The notes under the pieces: model-generated
Databases searched by the model: none
What the model was told of the DNA's origin: nothing
Seen by the model: only the letters and a program-made list of their open reading frames with translations
Shown here: one piece after another, positions 11,035 through 23,810 of the stretch
Layout: each line of letters opens with the position of its first letter
Position numbering within the stretch: the first letter of the stretch is position 1
Assembly: GCA_965603825.1 (NCBI GenBank)
Contig: CBFDEM010000062.1
Location: forward strand, 496,001-560,000
Origin: Blepharisma stoltei ATCC 30299
Lineage: Eukaryota > Protista > Ciliophora
Direction of reading: 5' to 3'
DNA length: 64,000 bases
Position numbers and translations under genes: made by a program

Positions 11035-14000
11035 ATGTCAGTTCTATGAACTCCTAAGACTTTGACTTCAAAAAGTCTTACAAAAAAGAAGGATCAGAAA
11101 GATATCAGGCTCACAAAGTCTGAACCGCTAGAAATATTTCCTCCAGAAATTGTGTTTAAAGATATAGAGCCTGACCAAACTTATGAAGTTACAGTTAGTG
11201 TGCGTAACCTCTGCTCAGTTGTGAGAAGAATTCGATTTATTCCTCCAAAAACTTCGAAATTCTTAGCAGAATACGAGACACTTGGAGCAATTGCAGGCGG
11301 CACTCAAACTAACATCGTTATTTCTTTCGAAACTGATCATGTCGCTGATTTTCACGATGAAATGACAATAATTTCAGAAGACTCTACTTATACTCTTCTC
11401 CTTCACGCCTACCAGCCTTCTCCAGAAATCGCATTTGAACCTTTCATCAATTTAGGTTTAACTTCTGTTTACAAGTCAAAATCTACTCTTATCCTCTTCA
11501 GAAACGAAGGCAGCCGCCAAGGCAAAATTAGTTTGAATTATGACAAAAACATCAGCCCAGAGCTCGTTATTGAGCCAGAAAACTTTACCCTTGATCCAAG
11601 GAACGAAATTGACATAAAATTCACTTACACTCCCAGAGAAGTAGGAGTTTTTAGATGCCCTGTAGAAGTCAATGTAGAAGGTCAAGAAAAAATAAGGCAC
11701 ATCGATGTGAACGGAACTTGTGTAGAACACCAAATGTCGATTGTGGCAGCAAACGTGGACAAGTTGAATTCAGATTCAGACATTGGTCTTGGGAATAACA
11801 TGGCAGTAACGACTAATTTAAATTTTGGGCACATGTATCATGGAGAAATGAAATCACTCGACTCTTATTTGGTAAATAATGGACCTGTTAAGGTTCATTT
11901 TTCGATTAGATTTATTTTAGGGTCTGAAGAAGAAGCAGAATCGGACCAACTTGTATACACCCCTCAAGAACAAGCTAAGCAAGAGCTTAAAAGAGTAATG
12001 AAAGCAGAGCCTAGCCATGGGATTGTTGACGCTTACTCCCAGCTTCATATTTTATTTACTTGCCACAGCAAAGTCCTAGACAAAGTCAAGGGCCATTCTT
12101 CCAATATGATGGAAAATGGAAATGCAGCATCAGGTGACATGAATGCATCTTATATAGTAGATAACATGATTAACTACTTTTACACAGCAATTTTCAACTT
12201 CCAAGAACTTGATAGTAAACTTCCTCTCCAACTTCAAGCTACCGCTGTAATTCCAAATATCAAAGTTTCACAAAATGCAGTGTTTTTCCCACAGTGTGCA
12301 GTGAACGACAGAAGAGATGTGCTAGTTAAAATAGAAAACATGAATGACGAGCTATCGGTAGATTTCAGCTTTAACCAGGTTTCTCAATTCTCGGTTGACC
12401 CTGCAAAAGGTGTATTACTCCCACTCCAAAGCAAATCAATAAATTTTTCCTTTATTCCTAAAAACCTTGGAATTTTCCATTCAGTCATGACCCTTCATTT
12501 TATAAAAGAAGCTTATAAAGTTCCTATTCATCTTTATGGTAAATCCACTGGAATATCTGAAAAAGGCAAAGAAATCAGAGGACCTGAAAGCACTGTCAAG
12601 GATTTTGAGCCTGCAAGAAAATACGTGAGCGAAAGCGACCTTGCAAATATGCATAAAACGAAGGTAAAAACAGAAGGAGATACACTTAAGACTGATTATT
12701 CTTTACAGATGGACCAAGCAATACTTCAGGATTTTGTTAAAAAGCAATATGTCGACTTCTTAAGAACACAAAGAAAAGAACGCTTAGCGAAAGAAAAGCA
12801 AAACGAGCTACAGAGGACTGGAAAAATAGTCCCACTTACTAAAGAAGAAATGGAAAAAGATCCAGATCTTGGTATCAGTCGCGATCTGCTAAAAGAGCCT
12901 ATGCTTAGCCTTCCGAACGCCTCAGATCAGCTATTTGTAAACAAGCAAATTGGGCTATACGAAAATTCCCACAGCAACGACAATATGCACGATCCTGACC
13001 GTGCTATAAAAAATGTGAGGAAAAAAGCCATTGACCGCAAAAAATTCAAAGAAGTCCCTTACTCACTTACACCAACTAAGCAGGTCGAAATTAGAGAATG
13101 CTCAAAAAAACTGTCAGCAGAAGAGCTGCAATTTATATCAGCAGGGCCAAAAAACCTTGATTTTGGGAAGGTTGTGATGAACTCTCCTTCATTTAAGTGG
13201 TTTAGTATTGCTAACGATTTAAAGCATAACATCTTTGTAGAGCTGGTCTCAGCTGTTTCAGAAATTAATACTATGGAGCCAAATTCATTGGTGATCCCAC
13301 CAGGACTTAAAGGAGGCTTTAAGCTTGGGCTGCTTTCATCAAGAGCCCAAGAATTAGAAGGGATTGTTACTTATAAAATCAATGGAGAGCATACTTTTAA
13401 CTTCAGGATTATAGCAAAGGTAGAACCAGCTGAACTTAGAATATCAAAGAACTATTTGAAGTTTGTATTTGATGATGATAATATGGAAGAAAGCTTATGC
13501 GAAAAACTTTTCGTCGAAAATGGCTGCAACGCTGATACAAGATTTGCTTGGGTTGTCCCACCGAATTCAAATTTTGAAGTAGAGCCTCTTGAAGATTTGG
13601 TGGAAGCAGGAAAAACGAGACCAGTGATCGTCAAGTTTACGCCTTCTATAGGAGCAAATAGGAATGATGAAGAAAATTTAGTAATGAAAGTACAAAATGG
13701 GGAGAAATGCACACTCAGATGCAAAGGGGAATTCACTGAAGCTAAATGCCAATTTTTGCAAAAGCAGCTGGACTTTGAAGTAGTAGCAGTTGGTATCAAG
13801 CATGAAAAGTCTGTCACAATAAAAAATCTGTTGAGATCCACAGCTATTTATCATATCAAAAAATGCCCAACAGAAATAACTGTAACCCCAACTAGAGGGA
13901 AAATTTCAGGAGATGGTAGGGCAAACCTGAAAATCGAGTTTTGCAGTTTCGAAGAGCAAGAACTCCATGGAGAGCTTGAAGTCTTAATTAGAGGTGGAAA

Positions 14001-17000
14001 GCCCCTTGTCCTTTCTATTCATGCTTCTGCAATTATACCAAAGGTCTACATTCAAGAGCCAGAAATTGACTTCGGAGGGGTAACTTACAAATGCAGTGCT
14101 TATCGAAAGTTCACAGTGGTCAATGAAAGCCCAATTGCTTGTGTTCTTTATATTAGCCTTCAGGAGCACCCAGAATTTGAAGTATCATTACCAGCTGACC
14201 ACCTTGGAGAAGGGGAATGTGAAAGCACAGTGCTCATGGGAGCTGCTTCAGATCGAGGGAATCCGTTTGTACTTAGAGATGAGCACGATGAGCTGGAAGA
14301 TATCAAAATGGAGGCTGGAATGCAGGAAGAAGATGACTCTGAAGAAGAGGAAGAGGAGGTGGCAAGAACTTTTAGGCTAAATCTTCATCCAAGCACATCA
14401 ATTACACTTCAACTTAAATTTACGCCTAGTGATACTGAAACCTATTTATTTGATTTGCCTGTTATGATGGCTGGAGTAAATGAGACATTAAAATCCTTAA
14501 CCAGACCTGTGTCTGGAGAAGGGCTGCAGCCGAAATTCTTAATAGAGCCTGCTATAGTTGACTTCAAAAAGAAATACATCACAGCTGGAGAAAAGTCCTT
14601 CCCCGACTACAAAGACGTGATATTTTCAAATCCTGACATTTATCCGCTGAGATGGAAGCTTGATACTTCTACTATCGACTCAACCAAAATCTTTACCATA
14701 AGACCGCTTGAAGGGTATCTGGAGCCAGCTGCTTCAGTAACAGTTAGAGCAAGCTTTAACCCAAATCAAGCTATTGATTATGAAGAAAAAATTAATTTGT
14801 TCATTGACAACTCAACAGAACCTTACTTAACGCTTACTCTTAGAGGAGAAGGTTCAATCCCACGCATCTCATTTGACAGGCGGTATGTGATTCTCCCTAT
14901 AACTCCTCTGGGGATTTCTTCAAAATCTATCTTCAAAATCAATAATGAGGGCTATCAAAATGTAGAATTAAAATACCGGCTTCCAAAAGATGCAGGCAGA
15001 ATTCCATTGCAATTAAATTTCCCTGATGGCCAAACTTTAGGATCGACAAAACAAAAAATCCCAGTGGAAGTTATCTTTAATTCTGATCGTGCCTTGTCAT
15101 TTACAGCGAATTTAGACTTTTTTGACAATGAAGGAAATAAATTCACGATAGCAATTTCAGGAACAGCTGATAATTGCTTGTTTACGTCTTTTCCCTTTAT
15201 TCAAAGTCATCAAGAAGATATCAGATTTAATGTTGATGAAAACGGAGCAATGAAACTAGAGTTCGAAGAAGTCTCAGATGGAGATGAAGCTTCAGGAAGA
15301 TGGGGAACTGGAGGCCCAGCCGGAGCTCCCAGAACAAGTGCAGCGAGCTCGGTGTATTCCAGGTCTGCTAAAAGCATCGTAGGATATCAGCCTGTCCCTC
15401 AATTTTTGCTAGAAAAAGGGTTAGACCACTTGAATAGATGGCTAAACCACAGTGTCCTCAGTTCTACCATTAACAAATTCCCTGATGATTTTGTGAATCA
15501 GCATGGTGCGCCACTTTATGAGCTGGTTTTTGCACTGTCAGGCAAATACCCACCAGGGCAAGTTAAAAATCCGAATTCCTTGGCCCCGAAAGAACTTGCA
15601 AGACAGCTTTTTAAGCAATATGACGACTTAATTGAGTATTTGAAGAGAAATGGAGCAATGCTAAATACGCTTAGACCTGAGTTCTTATTAAGCCAAAATG
15701 ACTTTGCAAGGTTTTTAAAGTCTACGCCGCTAGAACTCCAGCTAAGGCCTAAACAAATCCAGCATCGGTGGCCATATCTTTCTATGGATTCTTGGACAAC
15801 CTTGATTTTTCAAATTGTTAAGCTGTATCTACTCAATAGGGTGACACCTAAAAGCTTCAAAAACTTACCTGGAATGAACCCAGAAGAAGCAAACATCGAT
15901 GCAGGGATGACTAGTTCCAACATTTACTCTGTGTCTGAATGCATTTTACTTAAGTGGCTAAGCTATCACTATGAGTGCATTCATCCGCACACTCCGAAGA
16001 AAATTTCCAACTTTGAGTCTGATTTGTCTGATGGCACAGTGATCTCTTCTGTCATCCAATCTCATATAGGGAATGTCAAGGCTTTAGGCAATATCAAAGT
16101 CAACCCTAACAGTGAAGAGCAAAGAAGCCAAAACTGCGAAAAAGTAATAGCAGGGCTCAGTGAAATAGGCTTGCCCACCCACTTCACTGCAAATGATTTA
16201 GTTCGTCCTAGTGCGCGAGAAGCTTTGCTATTTGTCTTGCAGCTATATCAGGGACTTCCCCACTATATTCCTAAATGTAAAATTATTTTTTCATGCCCGC
16301 TCAGCGAAAAAATTGTTAAGAATATTGAACTTACCAACCCGTCTAACAAATCTGTGAATTATTGGGTTAGAATTGAAGGTAGCTCTGACTACACATTTGA
16401 AGCGCAGGAGTCAATAACACTTCCATCAAAATCAACAGTCCAATTCCCAGTTACTTTCCAAAGCAGAGTGACTGTTCCGGTGCAAAAAGCCAAGCTAAGC
16501 TTCACAAACCGAACTACAGATGGCGGTGCTCAGGGTGCAGCTCTTGTTTTCGAGTTAATTTCTGACGTAAAGGCGCCTATAAATGTGATGCAAATAGACT
16601 TTGAAACTCCACTTTATAAGCTGTTTAATAAAGAAGTAGAAATAAAAAACAATTATTCCCAAGAGGCAGAATTCGTGATCCAGCTAAATCCAATTGAAGA
16701 TGCACCAAAGAAACCTCCTGCAAATAAAAAGAAAGGCCCACCCGAACCTCCTCCTCTGCAATTTCCGCCAGCTTTTTATATTAAAAATGAGAAAGTAAAA
16801 GTCAAGAAAAACTCAGTTAGCTTCATAGGTGTCCAGTTTTTACCTTTCGAAATGAAAACCCATAAAGCTGAACTAATTTTGTGCGACGAAAAGGTAGGAG
16901 AAATTCATTACTTGCTAGTCGCGAATGTGAGTATGCCAGAATCGCAACTGATTACGATGAAGCAGGAAATGGGTGACTCCATGCAAGTTGTGGTGCCTTT

Positions 17001-19749
17001 GAAGTCGAAGAACGAGCAGCTGGAATTTGCGAAGTCAAAATGCAGGGAAAGATACCAAGCTTCACACAAGACTCGAGAAAGAGATACTTTGAATGAAATC
17101 TTTAAGAAACTGCACACAGAAGACACAAATGTGTATGATATTGTCTTGAGCTCTCCTTTCTTTGGAGGCCCTAACACCATTTCTTTAACAGAGTTCAGCA
17201 AAAGTAAAGGTGGTAAAGGAGGGCTTGATACTTCACAAGTAAGTGACGTCTCCAAGCAAGAAATTTCCTTGCAAAGAAGCAAGAAAACGCCAAGTAGAAG
17301 CTCGCATACTAGCCAAGCACCTGCAGGGAATTCCTCTTCTGGACAAGATGCACAAAATAAGCTCCAGCTCAGCTTTTCTCCAAAGACTCCAGGCGAATAT
17401 CCTTGCTTTGTAACCTTAACATCAACTAGAAAAACTGACATCAGAATATATGAAATCGTTGTAGCCGTAAAGCCAAAGAAAAATGTGGTCACGCTAGAGA
17501 TGACTGCTCCAGCTAGAGGTGAGGTGAAGCAAGACATCCCAATTATAAATAACTCAGACAAAGATTGGCCAGTCAAAGTAAGCTTAACCCAAGATGCTAA
17601 AGAATTCAGTGTTTCTAAAGATTTCGTGGTAAGAAGAAAATCAACTGGGTATTGTCCATTAGTTTTCAAGCCGATTTGGACTTGTGATGTAAAAGGAAAG
17701 CTGCTGCTCGATATCCCACTTACAGGAGATCTATATGAGTTTAACCTCAGAGGGATTGGAGAAGAACCAAATGCTGAAGAGCATATGACAATTGACTGCA
17801 AGGTCAAGGAAACTTATTATCAGCTGATTCCTATTATGAATCCAAACGATTTCCCAGTTGTTTATAAGGTGGAATCTGATTTAGTAATTGCTTCTGGAGA
17901 CCCACAAATACAAGTTCCTGCCAAAACTAAAGGACAATATGAGCTTCAAGTAAAGCCAATACAAAGTGGCATGTACTCTGGAGCAATTACATTTTATGAT
18001 AATCAAGGCAAATTTTATTGGTATACACTAGAAGTTAGAGCCCAAGAACCTGAGCCTGAAGATGAAAAAATATTGATGACTCAGTGCAGAAAAGCTGTCG
18101 AATTAAAACTTACTGTTTATAATCCATATCCAGAAAACACTACTTTTGAAGTCAACATCCAAGGCCATGGACTTATGGGTGATAATATGTTTTATGTTGC
18201 TGCTAAGGAGCTAGGCACTTATGAACTCCTCTATTCTCCACTACTCCCTGGTGAATCATATGGAACGATTTCCTTCGTCAGCGAAAAAACTGGTGAATTT
18301 TGGTACAAGCTTAAACTGATTGCTTTGCCACCTGAGCCATTTGAATTAGAAATTTTTGAATGTGAACTTGGGAAATCAGAAACCCAGCACATAGCATTAG
18401 AGAACCCTACAAATGAAGAAGTCATTTTAGACTACAGCTGCTCTAACCCTCTAAACTTTGAGTTGGTCCCTGAGCGAATCATTCTACCTCCTTATGAAAC
18501 AATAGAAGCTACAGTCAAGTATTCTCCTTCTACACTCAAGCATGTAGAAACTGGCGAAATCAAGCTCAGCAGCAAAGCTCTTGGAGACTGGATCTTCAAA
18601 CTGAGAGGCAAAGGACGTCCACCTACACTTATGGAGCCTCTTGAGATTGCTGCGACTATTGGAGAAACAAGCTCTACACAGATTACATTTAAAAATCCAT
18701 TTAGGGAAAACATTACGATTTCTATTGCTTTAGAAGCCAGTGAGAACGTATTCCAACTGCTTGTGAGGAAAAATAAATATGCAATAGGGCCTTTAGGATC
18801 ATTGCTGATTCCTGTAGCTTTTATTCCAACATCAATGGATGAGCACACTGCTGTTCTGCTAGTATCGATTACAGATGAATTGACTTGGAGATACCCGCTT
18901 AAAGGCATCACTGAGAATGCTTCTACACGCATTGACTACTCTTTCAAGACCAAGTGCAGAACTTCATTAGAAATGCCACTAAATATTGTTTTGAATGATT
19001 TAGTCGATCTTACAGAAGAAGAAAATTTCACCAATGAAATTAACGTTATAGACCAGGCTGTCAAACATTTCGTCGACAAAAGCTTGCAGATTGAAACTCA
19101 CAAAAACATTATTTCAAGCCCAGCAGAAGCTTTAGAATTTTCTGTAAAATTCGAGCCATTACGGCCATTTAAGACACAAGTTGAGCTTTTAATCTACAAA
19201 GGATCTGGAGGAAGATGGAAATATAATATCATGCTTGAAGCTCTTGATCCAGATATTGATGACACAATCAATATAGAATCTCAAATAAACAAAACAACCA
19301 GCATTGCCTTCAAGCTAACCAACCAATTCAAAGCTTTTGCTGAGTTTGAAGCATTTTTCACCCCAGAAAGTGATTCTTGTTTTGCGATTCAGCCCAATCA
19401 AGGTATTTTAGAGCCATATGGAAGGGAAGGGACAACTTTTATAGTGTCGTTTACTCCTGTTGAGTATGGAGCTCCTAAGGTAGGGAAGCTTGTGATTCAG
19501 ACAGAAGATATGATGTGGACTTATCTTGTTAAAGGATCCCATCCTCGCTATCAACCTCCTGAAGCTAGCGGTGGCAGAATTGATAATAGGCTTCAGAGAT
19601 CGATACAGCCACAGCAGAGCTCAAAGAAAAACTTCATAAAGAAAAACATCAAGGGACTGTCGCCGACTAGGTCAAAGATGGAGTCTTCAATGAAATCTTT
19701 ATCCCCAACAAGAAAGGCACCATCTCAACAAAGAATAACAGAAATTTAA
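11035..19749 (+). CDS. CFAP47: Cilia- and flagella-associated protein 47-like (Ig/ASH-like repeats plus CH domains), about 2900 aa
   Basis: Repeated beta-rich ASH-like modules, RRIRFIPPKT N-terminus, CH-like NIYSVSECILLKWL..NFESDLSDG. The in-frame ATG at 11035 is reached through one TGA at 11047. Confidence 0.82.
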
Positions 19750-19777
19750 TAATTTATTTAAATTTAGAAATTCGTAA

Positions 19778-20194
19778 ATGGAAGCCAGTTTTTAATTCGA
19801 TAACCCCCAGGCACCGCTTCGAAGAGCAATATGAAAGAAACCTCAATTTATTATCAGTCAAGTTTATTACAGTCTAAAGAAGACCTCAGAAAAGGGTTAG
19901 TAGAAAATTACCCAGAAGAATGTGTCTCTAATTTTGATTAAAAGTTTGAAAAATGTCGAAATCTCAGAGAGCAACTGCAAAGCTTAAATAGAGGTGGTGC
20001 TATAAATGATAGGATCGAATACTAGAAGGGGAGCAGAGCTTTTTTAATCTGTGCGTTCACTTTTTACACTTTTAAACAATCAACACGGTCAGGTGAAAGA
20101 TTTCAAATGGCTCAAAACAGAGCATTCGCCTAACTAGTTTACAATTTATGAAGCTTTGAAAGAAGTAAGACAAGTAATGGATCTAGCGATAAAA
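19778..20194 (+). pseudogene. Possible decayed gene fragment
   Basis: Coding-like composition with protein-like runs broken by TAA/TAG and frame changes; no homologue recognised. Confidence 0.25.
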
Positions 20195-21463
20195 TTATTT
20201 ACTATATGAATAATTTTCTTTATTCTCAAGCTCTACTTGGGATTTTTTAATCATGCTAACGACTTTTTCTTTATATTCTTCAGCTTTCTTTATTATCTTC
20301 GAATGCTCTGTTTCTAAAATTTTTATTTCTTCTTGATATTTAGCTTTCTTCGAGCTAAATTGGTCTTTTAATGATGAGAGTTGGTCTCGCTTGTCAACTA
20401 ATTCCTGCTCCAAATTTTCTTTTTCCTGCAAAAGATAAGTTTTCTCTGTTTGCTTTTCTTTTATTAAGTCTCCCAGCCTTAGTAAGCTAGCATCACTGGC
20501 GAGACTTTCGATATTATCAAAAGATGGCAAATCCATTTTTATCAAAGCAATAGACTCTTCAAGATCTTTGGCCTGCTTTTTCTGCACAGAAACTTGATTT
20601 TCAAGCTCGCCACATTTTTTCTTTACATCTTCACAATTTTCTACAAGTAATTTTGCTTCTTTTACAATATTTATAACTTTTTCCATATATTTTATTTTTT
20701 CCATAACTTCTTCATCACAATTTCCTTCGTTTTCGCTTCTAAATTTAGAGTATTCTTGATTTATCTCCGTATCAGAATTATTAAGATAAAACATTGCTTC
20801 ATTTAGCCCAGCCGCTTCCGCTTCTAAAACTTTAACTTCTTTTTCAATTTTTTTCCTCTCATTTTCAATTTTTTCTTTTTCTCTTCCCAACTGATCGATT
20901 TTCACTTTTTTCTGCTCTATTATCGGGAACTTTTCTTGGTTTTGTTTCTTGAGCATTTGTACTTCAGCATATTTTCTCTCGTATTCCTCTTTAGTTTTAT
21001 TGCATTCTTCAGCAGCTACTCTCGATAGTGTTGTTTCAGGGTTTTGCACAAAAATAAGTTCTTGCTCTTCAATCATGAACCTAATAAAGTTTATAAAAGC
21101 TGATAAAAACCTTACTGTCCTTCTGGGGTCAGGGGTAGTTAAATCAGTTATTCTTAAGGGATCTGCTTTGCAGCCTATTTGTGATAAGACTCTTGTGAGA
21201 TGCTTGTAGAGATTTAGATAGGAAATTGCGTTATCATGAAGTTCTACGCTCTTGTTTAGCTTTGGATTGCATGATTTTATGAGTAGAAAATCATCCCTTT
21301 GCTTGTGGAAGACTATTTGAAGCAGTTGAATGTAAATGATTTTGATTGCGTTTGGGCTTGGCCGAAGAATTTCTTCTAGAGATGAAATTGTGATGCCAAG
21401 GGAATCTTTTAGTTGTGTATATATATCTTCTGGAGCAAGATCTGGAAAAGAGTATCTTTCCAT
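20195..21463 (-). CDS. NUF2: Kinetochore protein Nuf2-like
   Basis: N-terminal YSFP.L, P.P..I..IY, DL..PDPRRT.RFLSAFINFIRF, followed by a long coiled coil. Confidence 0.82.
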   Translation of the reverse strand: MERYSFPDLAPEDIYTQLKDSLGITISSLEEILRPSPNAIKIIYIQLLQIVFHKQRDDFLLIKSCNPKLNKSVELHDNAISYLNLYKHLTRVLSQIGCKADPLRITDLTTPDPRRTVRFLSAFINFIRFMIEEQELIFVQNPETTLSRVAAEECNKTKEEYERKYAEVQMLKKQNQEKFPIIEQKKVKIDQLGREKEKIENERKKIEKEVKVLEAEAAGLNEAMFYLNNSDTEINQEYSKFRSENEGNCDEEVMEKIKYMEKVINIVKEAKLLVENCEDVKKKCGELENQVSVQKKQAKDLEESIALIKMDLPSFDNIESLASDASLLRLGDLIKEKQTEKTYLLQEKENLEQELVDKRDQLSSLKDQFSSKKAKYQEEIKILETEHSKIIKKAEEYKEKVVSMIKKSQVELENKENYSYSK

Positions 21464-21705
21464 TAACGAAATTAAATTATGAATTTTGTATATGAAGAAA
21501 TTGCAGTTAAGAAGCTTTTAGAGAAATTTCAGGGTTTTTAACTTTTACAATAAGAAATAAGAGGTTCTATGAGTTTTTTTAGTATTTTTTAAGCAGAAAA
21601 TACAAAAATTAAATTTCCCTCCATTTCGTCCTATAGCCCCATTTTTCAAAAATATTTATCGAAGTTTACGCACTTTACATTTATAACTAAAATTAAGCTA
21701 GGTTA

Positions 21706-23778
21706 TTAAGATCGATAATAAATTGGAGGAGTATCCGCAGGAGATTCATTTAAACTTCTTCTATAGTACGACGGAGGATCTTTAGTCTCTTCTAATAGTC
21801 TATAAGCATCTTGCGTTTCTTGCATATTTTTACTAATAATCTGATTCAGCAAGTCTTGAGAGTTGTAATGAGAAAGTAATTTCCTTTGAGATTGCATTCT
21901 TGGCGGATCAATATTTTCATGAGGAATTGCATTTTCATTTGGAGTTTCAATGTCTTGAGCTTGAACCTCATTCACAATTTCAGGTTGGAAAATCGTTGAT
22001 CTCTGACTCATAGGAGTTTTATTTTGGAAAAAGTTTTTTTCTTGGATTTGTTCTAAATCTTTTATTTTTTGTTCGAGCTCTTCTCTTTGCTTTCTAATCA
22101 TATTAAGCTCTTCTTTCTTTTCCTGCTTGACTTTCTTAATTTGCACAATCAGCTGCGCTTTTGTTTTTGATATTTCTGTTAATTCTTTTGTAGTTTTTAC
22201 TCTTTGGTAGCTTTGATTTCCTTCATACTCTTTAGCTAGTTCTGCTTCAATTTCTTTTTTGTCCCTTTCTAGTTTTTTCCTCAAATTATTTTTTATTTCT
22301 TTTTCTCGTTTTTCCAGCATTCCAGCTACTTGTTTAGCAACTTCTTTTTTTTGCTGAATTGTATACTTTTCTTGTGCTGCCTTAAGCTTTGCATTAAGCT
22401 CATGCCTTATTTGTTTTTGGCGATTTTTATAAAGATCAATCAGTTCGTTTCTGATTTCTTCTTTTACTCTACTTTCTACCTCTTCGTAAACTTGAGATTC
22501 CATTTGTAAAGTTAGCTCTTTTCTTATTTCTCTCTCAATCTGCAATTTGACTTCAGCATCAAGTGCAGTTTGCAGCTTGGATTCTTGTTCCTTTCGAAGA
22601 GCTTTTTTCATATCTTCTTTTATTTTTTCTTTTAGAGACTCATAGTCCCTTTGGGCTACCTTTTGAATGTAATTTTTTATCCTTTCTTCAGCTTCCTTTT
22701 TGATTATTTCTACTTTTCCTTTGATTTCTACATCAGCGTCTTGCTTTACCTTGCTTTCTACCTCAGCCAATTTTTCCTTTAACGATGGCTCAAGCTTGCT
22801 TCTTATCTCAGGCAGAATAATACTTTGGATCTCTTCTTTCCATTCATTCTTTTCTATTACAAGCCTTTGTTGAAATTTCTCCTCCATTTCACGTCTCAGG
22901 TCAGTAAGAAAATCATTAGGGTCTTGGGTTTCTTTTTTGGCGGCTTCAACTCTTTGATTAAGCATGATTTCATACTCATTTCTCAATGACACTTCAATTT
23001 CTGCTTTAAGTCTCTGCGTTTCTACTGCTAGCCTTTCTTCATATTGCGACTGATAAATCTTTTCTAATTCTGAAGTGGAGCGCGGCCTTGCTTCTGAAAG
23101 CTGATTTATTTTGTCTTCAAGTTCCTCAGCTCTCTCTTGCCAATATTCGTTAAGTCTGTTTTGGACTTCTGAAATTTCTTGGTTCATCTTGTTTTCGTAG
23201 TCAAACCTCAGCTGTTTTCTTTGTTTATCAAATTCAACTTCGCACTCATCCCTGACAGCTCTTTCCATATCTTCTACTTCTTTTTGGTATTTTTCCTTAA
23301 TGGCTTCTGAACATTTCTCAAGATCAATTGGGCCAACATCTTCTCCTTGGTTTTCTAAGCTTCTTCTAAATATGCTTGACACTTCACTACTGGAAAGGTT
23401 AAACATGCTTTCCTTGCTTGACGCCTTGTGACCTATTCTTTTTAAACTTTCTATTTCTTCCATTCTCGCAATTTCAAATTGCTTTAATTCTTCAATACTT
23501 AGGTCATCATTAGTTTCCAGAGTTCCTGGCCTGTTTTCCAGCAGCGCTTTTTTCATGTCTTCGCTTTGTATTTGACTTATAAGTTCTGATTCTCTGAATA
23601 GGTAGTTTTCTCTGATATTTCTAATTGCATCTTCAGTTGCGGCACGCAGCTTTTCGATGTCCATTCGCAAATTGTTGCTTTCAACTGAGCTTTCTTCAAA
23701 TTCAAGCTCCTCTTTTGGACTCCCTCCGCTGAAATCTAAATCTCCGATATTTAGCCTTCCTTCTCCTCCGTTGTGCAT
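21706..23778 (-). CDS. E/K-rich coiled-coil protein (690 aa)
   Basis: Long uninterrupted ORF with coiled-coil composition. Confidence 0.8.
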   Translation of the reverse strand: MHNGGEGRLNIGDLDFSGGSPKEELEFEESSVESNNLRMDIEKLRAATEDAIRNIRENYLFRESELISQIQSEDMKKALLENRPGTLETNDDLSIEELKQFEIARMEEIESLKRIGHKASSKESMFNLSSSEVSSIFRRSLENQGEDVGPIDLEKCSEAIKEKYQKEVEDMERAVRDECEVEFDKQRKQLRFDYENKMNQEISEVQNRLNEYWQERAEELEDKINQLSEARPRSTSELEKIYQSQYEERLAVETQRLKAEIEVSLRNEYEIMLNQRVEAAKKETQDPNDFLTDLRREMEEKFQQRLVIEKNEWKEEIQSIILPEIRSKLEPSLKEKLAEVESKVKQDADVEIKGKVEIIKKEAEERIKNYIQKVAQRDYESLKEKIKEDMKKALRKEQESKLQTALDAEVKLQIEREIRKELTLQMESQVYEEVESRVKEEIRNELIDLYKNRQKQIRHELNAKLKAAQEKYTIQQKKEVAKQVAGMLEKREKEIKNNLRKKLERDKKEIEAELAKEYEGNQSYQRVKTTKELTEISKTKAQLIVQIKKVKQEKKEELNMIRKQREELEQKIKDLEQIQEKNFFQNKTPMSQRSTIFQPEIVNEVQAQDIETPNENAIPHENIDPPRMQSQRKLLSHYNSQDLLNQIISKNMQETQDAYRLLEETKDPPSYYRRSLNESPADTPPIYYRS

Positions 23779-23810
23779 TATTTAAATGGGTTTGTTTAAA
23801 AAGATTGGTC

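Noticed and set aside
11041-11058. Possible 18-nt GT..AG intron removing the TGA at the CFAP47 start
   Set aside because: Wrong length and lacks the GTA start; Trp read-through is simpler
17169-17178. CCCTAACACC telomere-like match
   Set aside because: Lies inside CFAP47 coding sequence (GPNT codons) and is short enough to be chance
16908-17807. 299-aa antisense ORF and the many other short antisense/overlapping ORFs in the track
   Set aside because: Shadows of real genes on the opposite strand or in another frame, with no recognisable motifs
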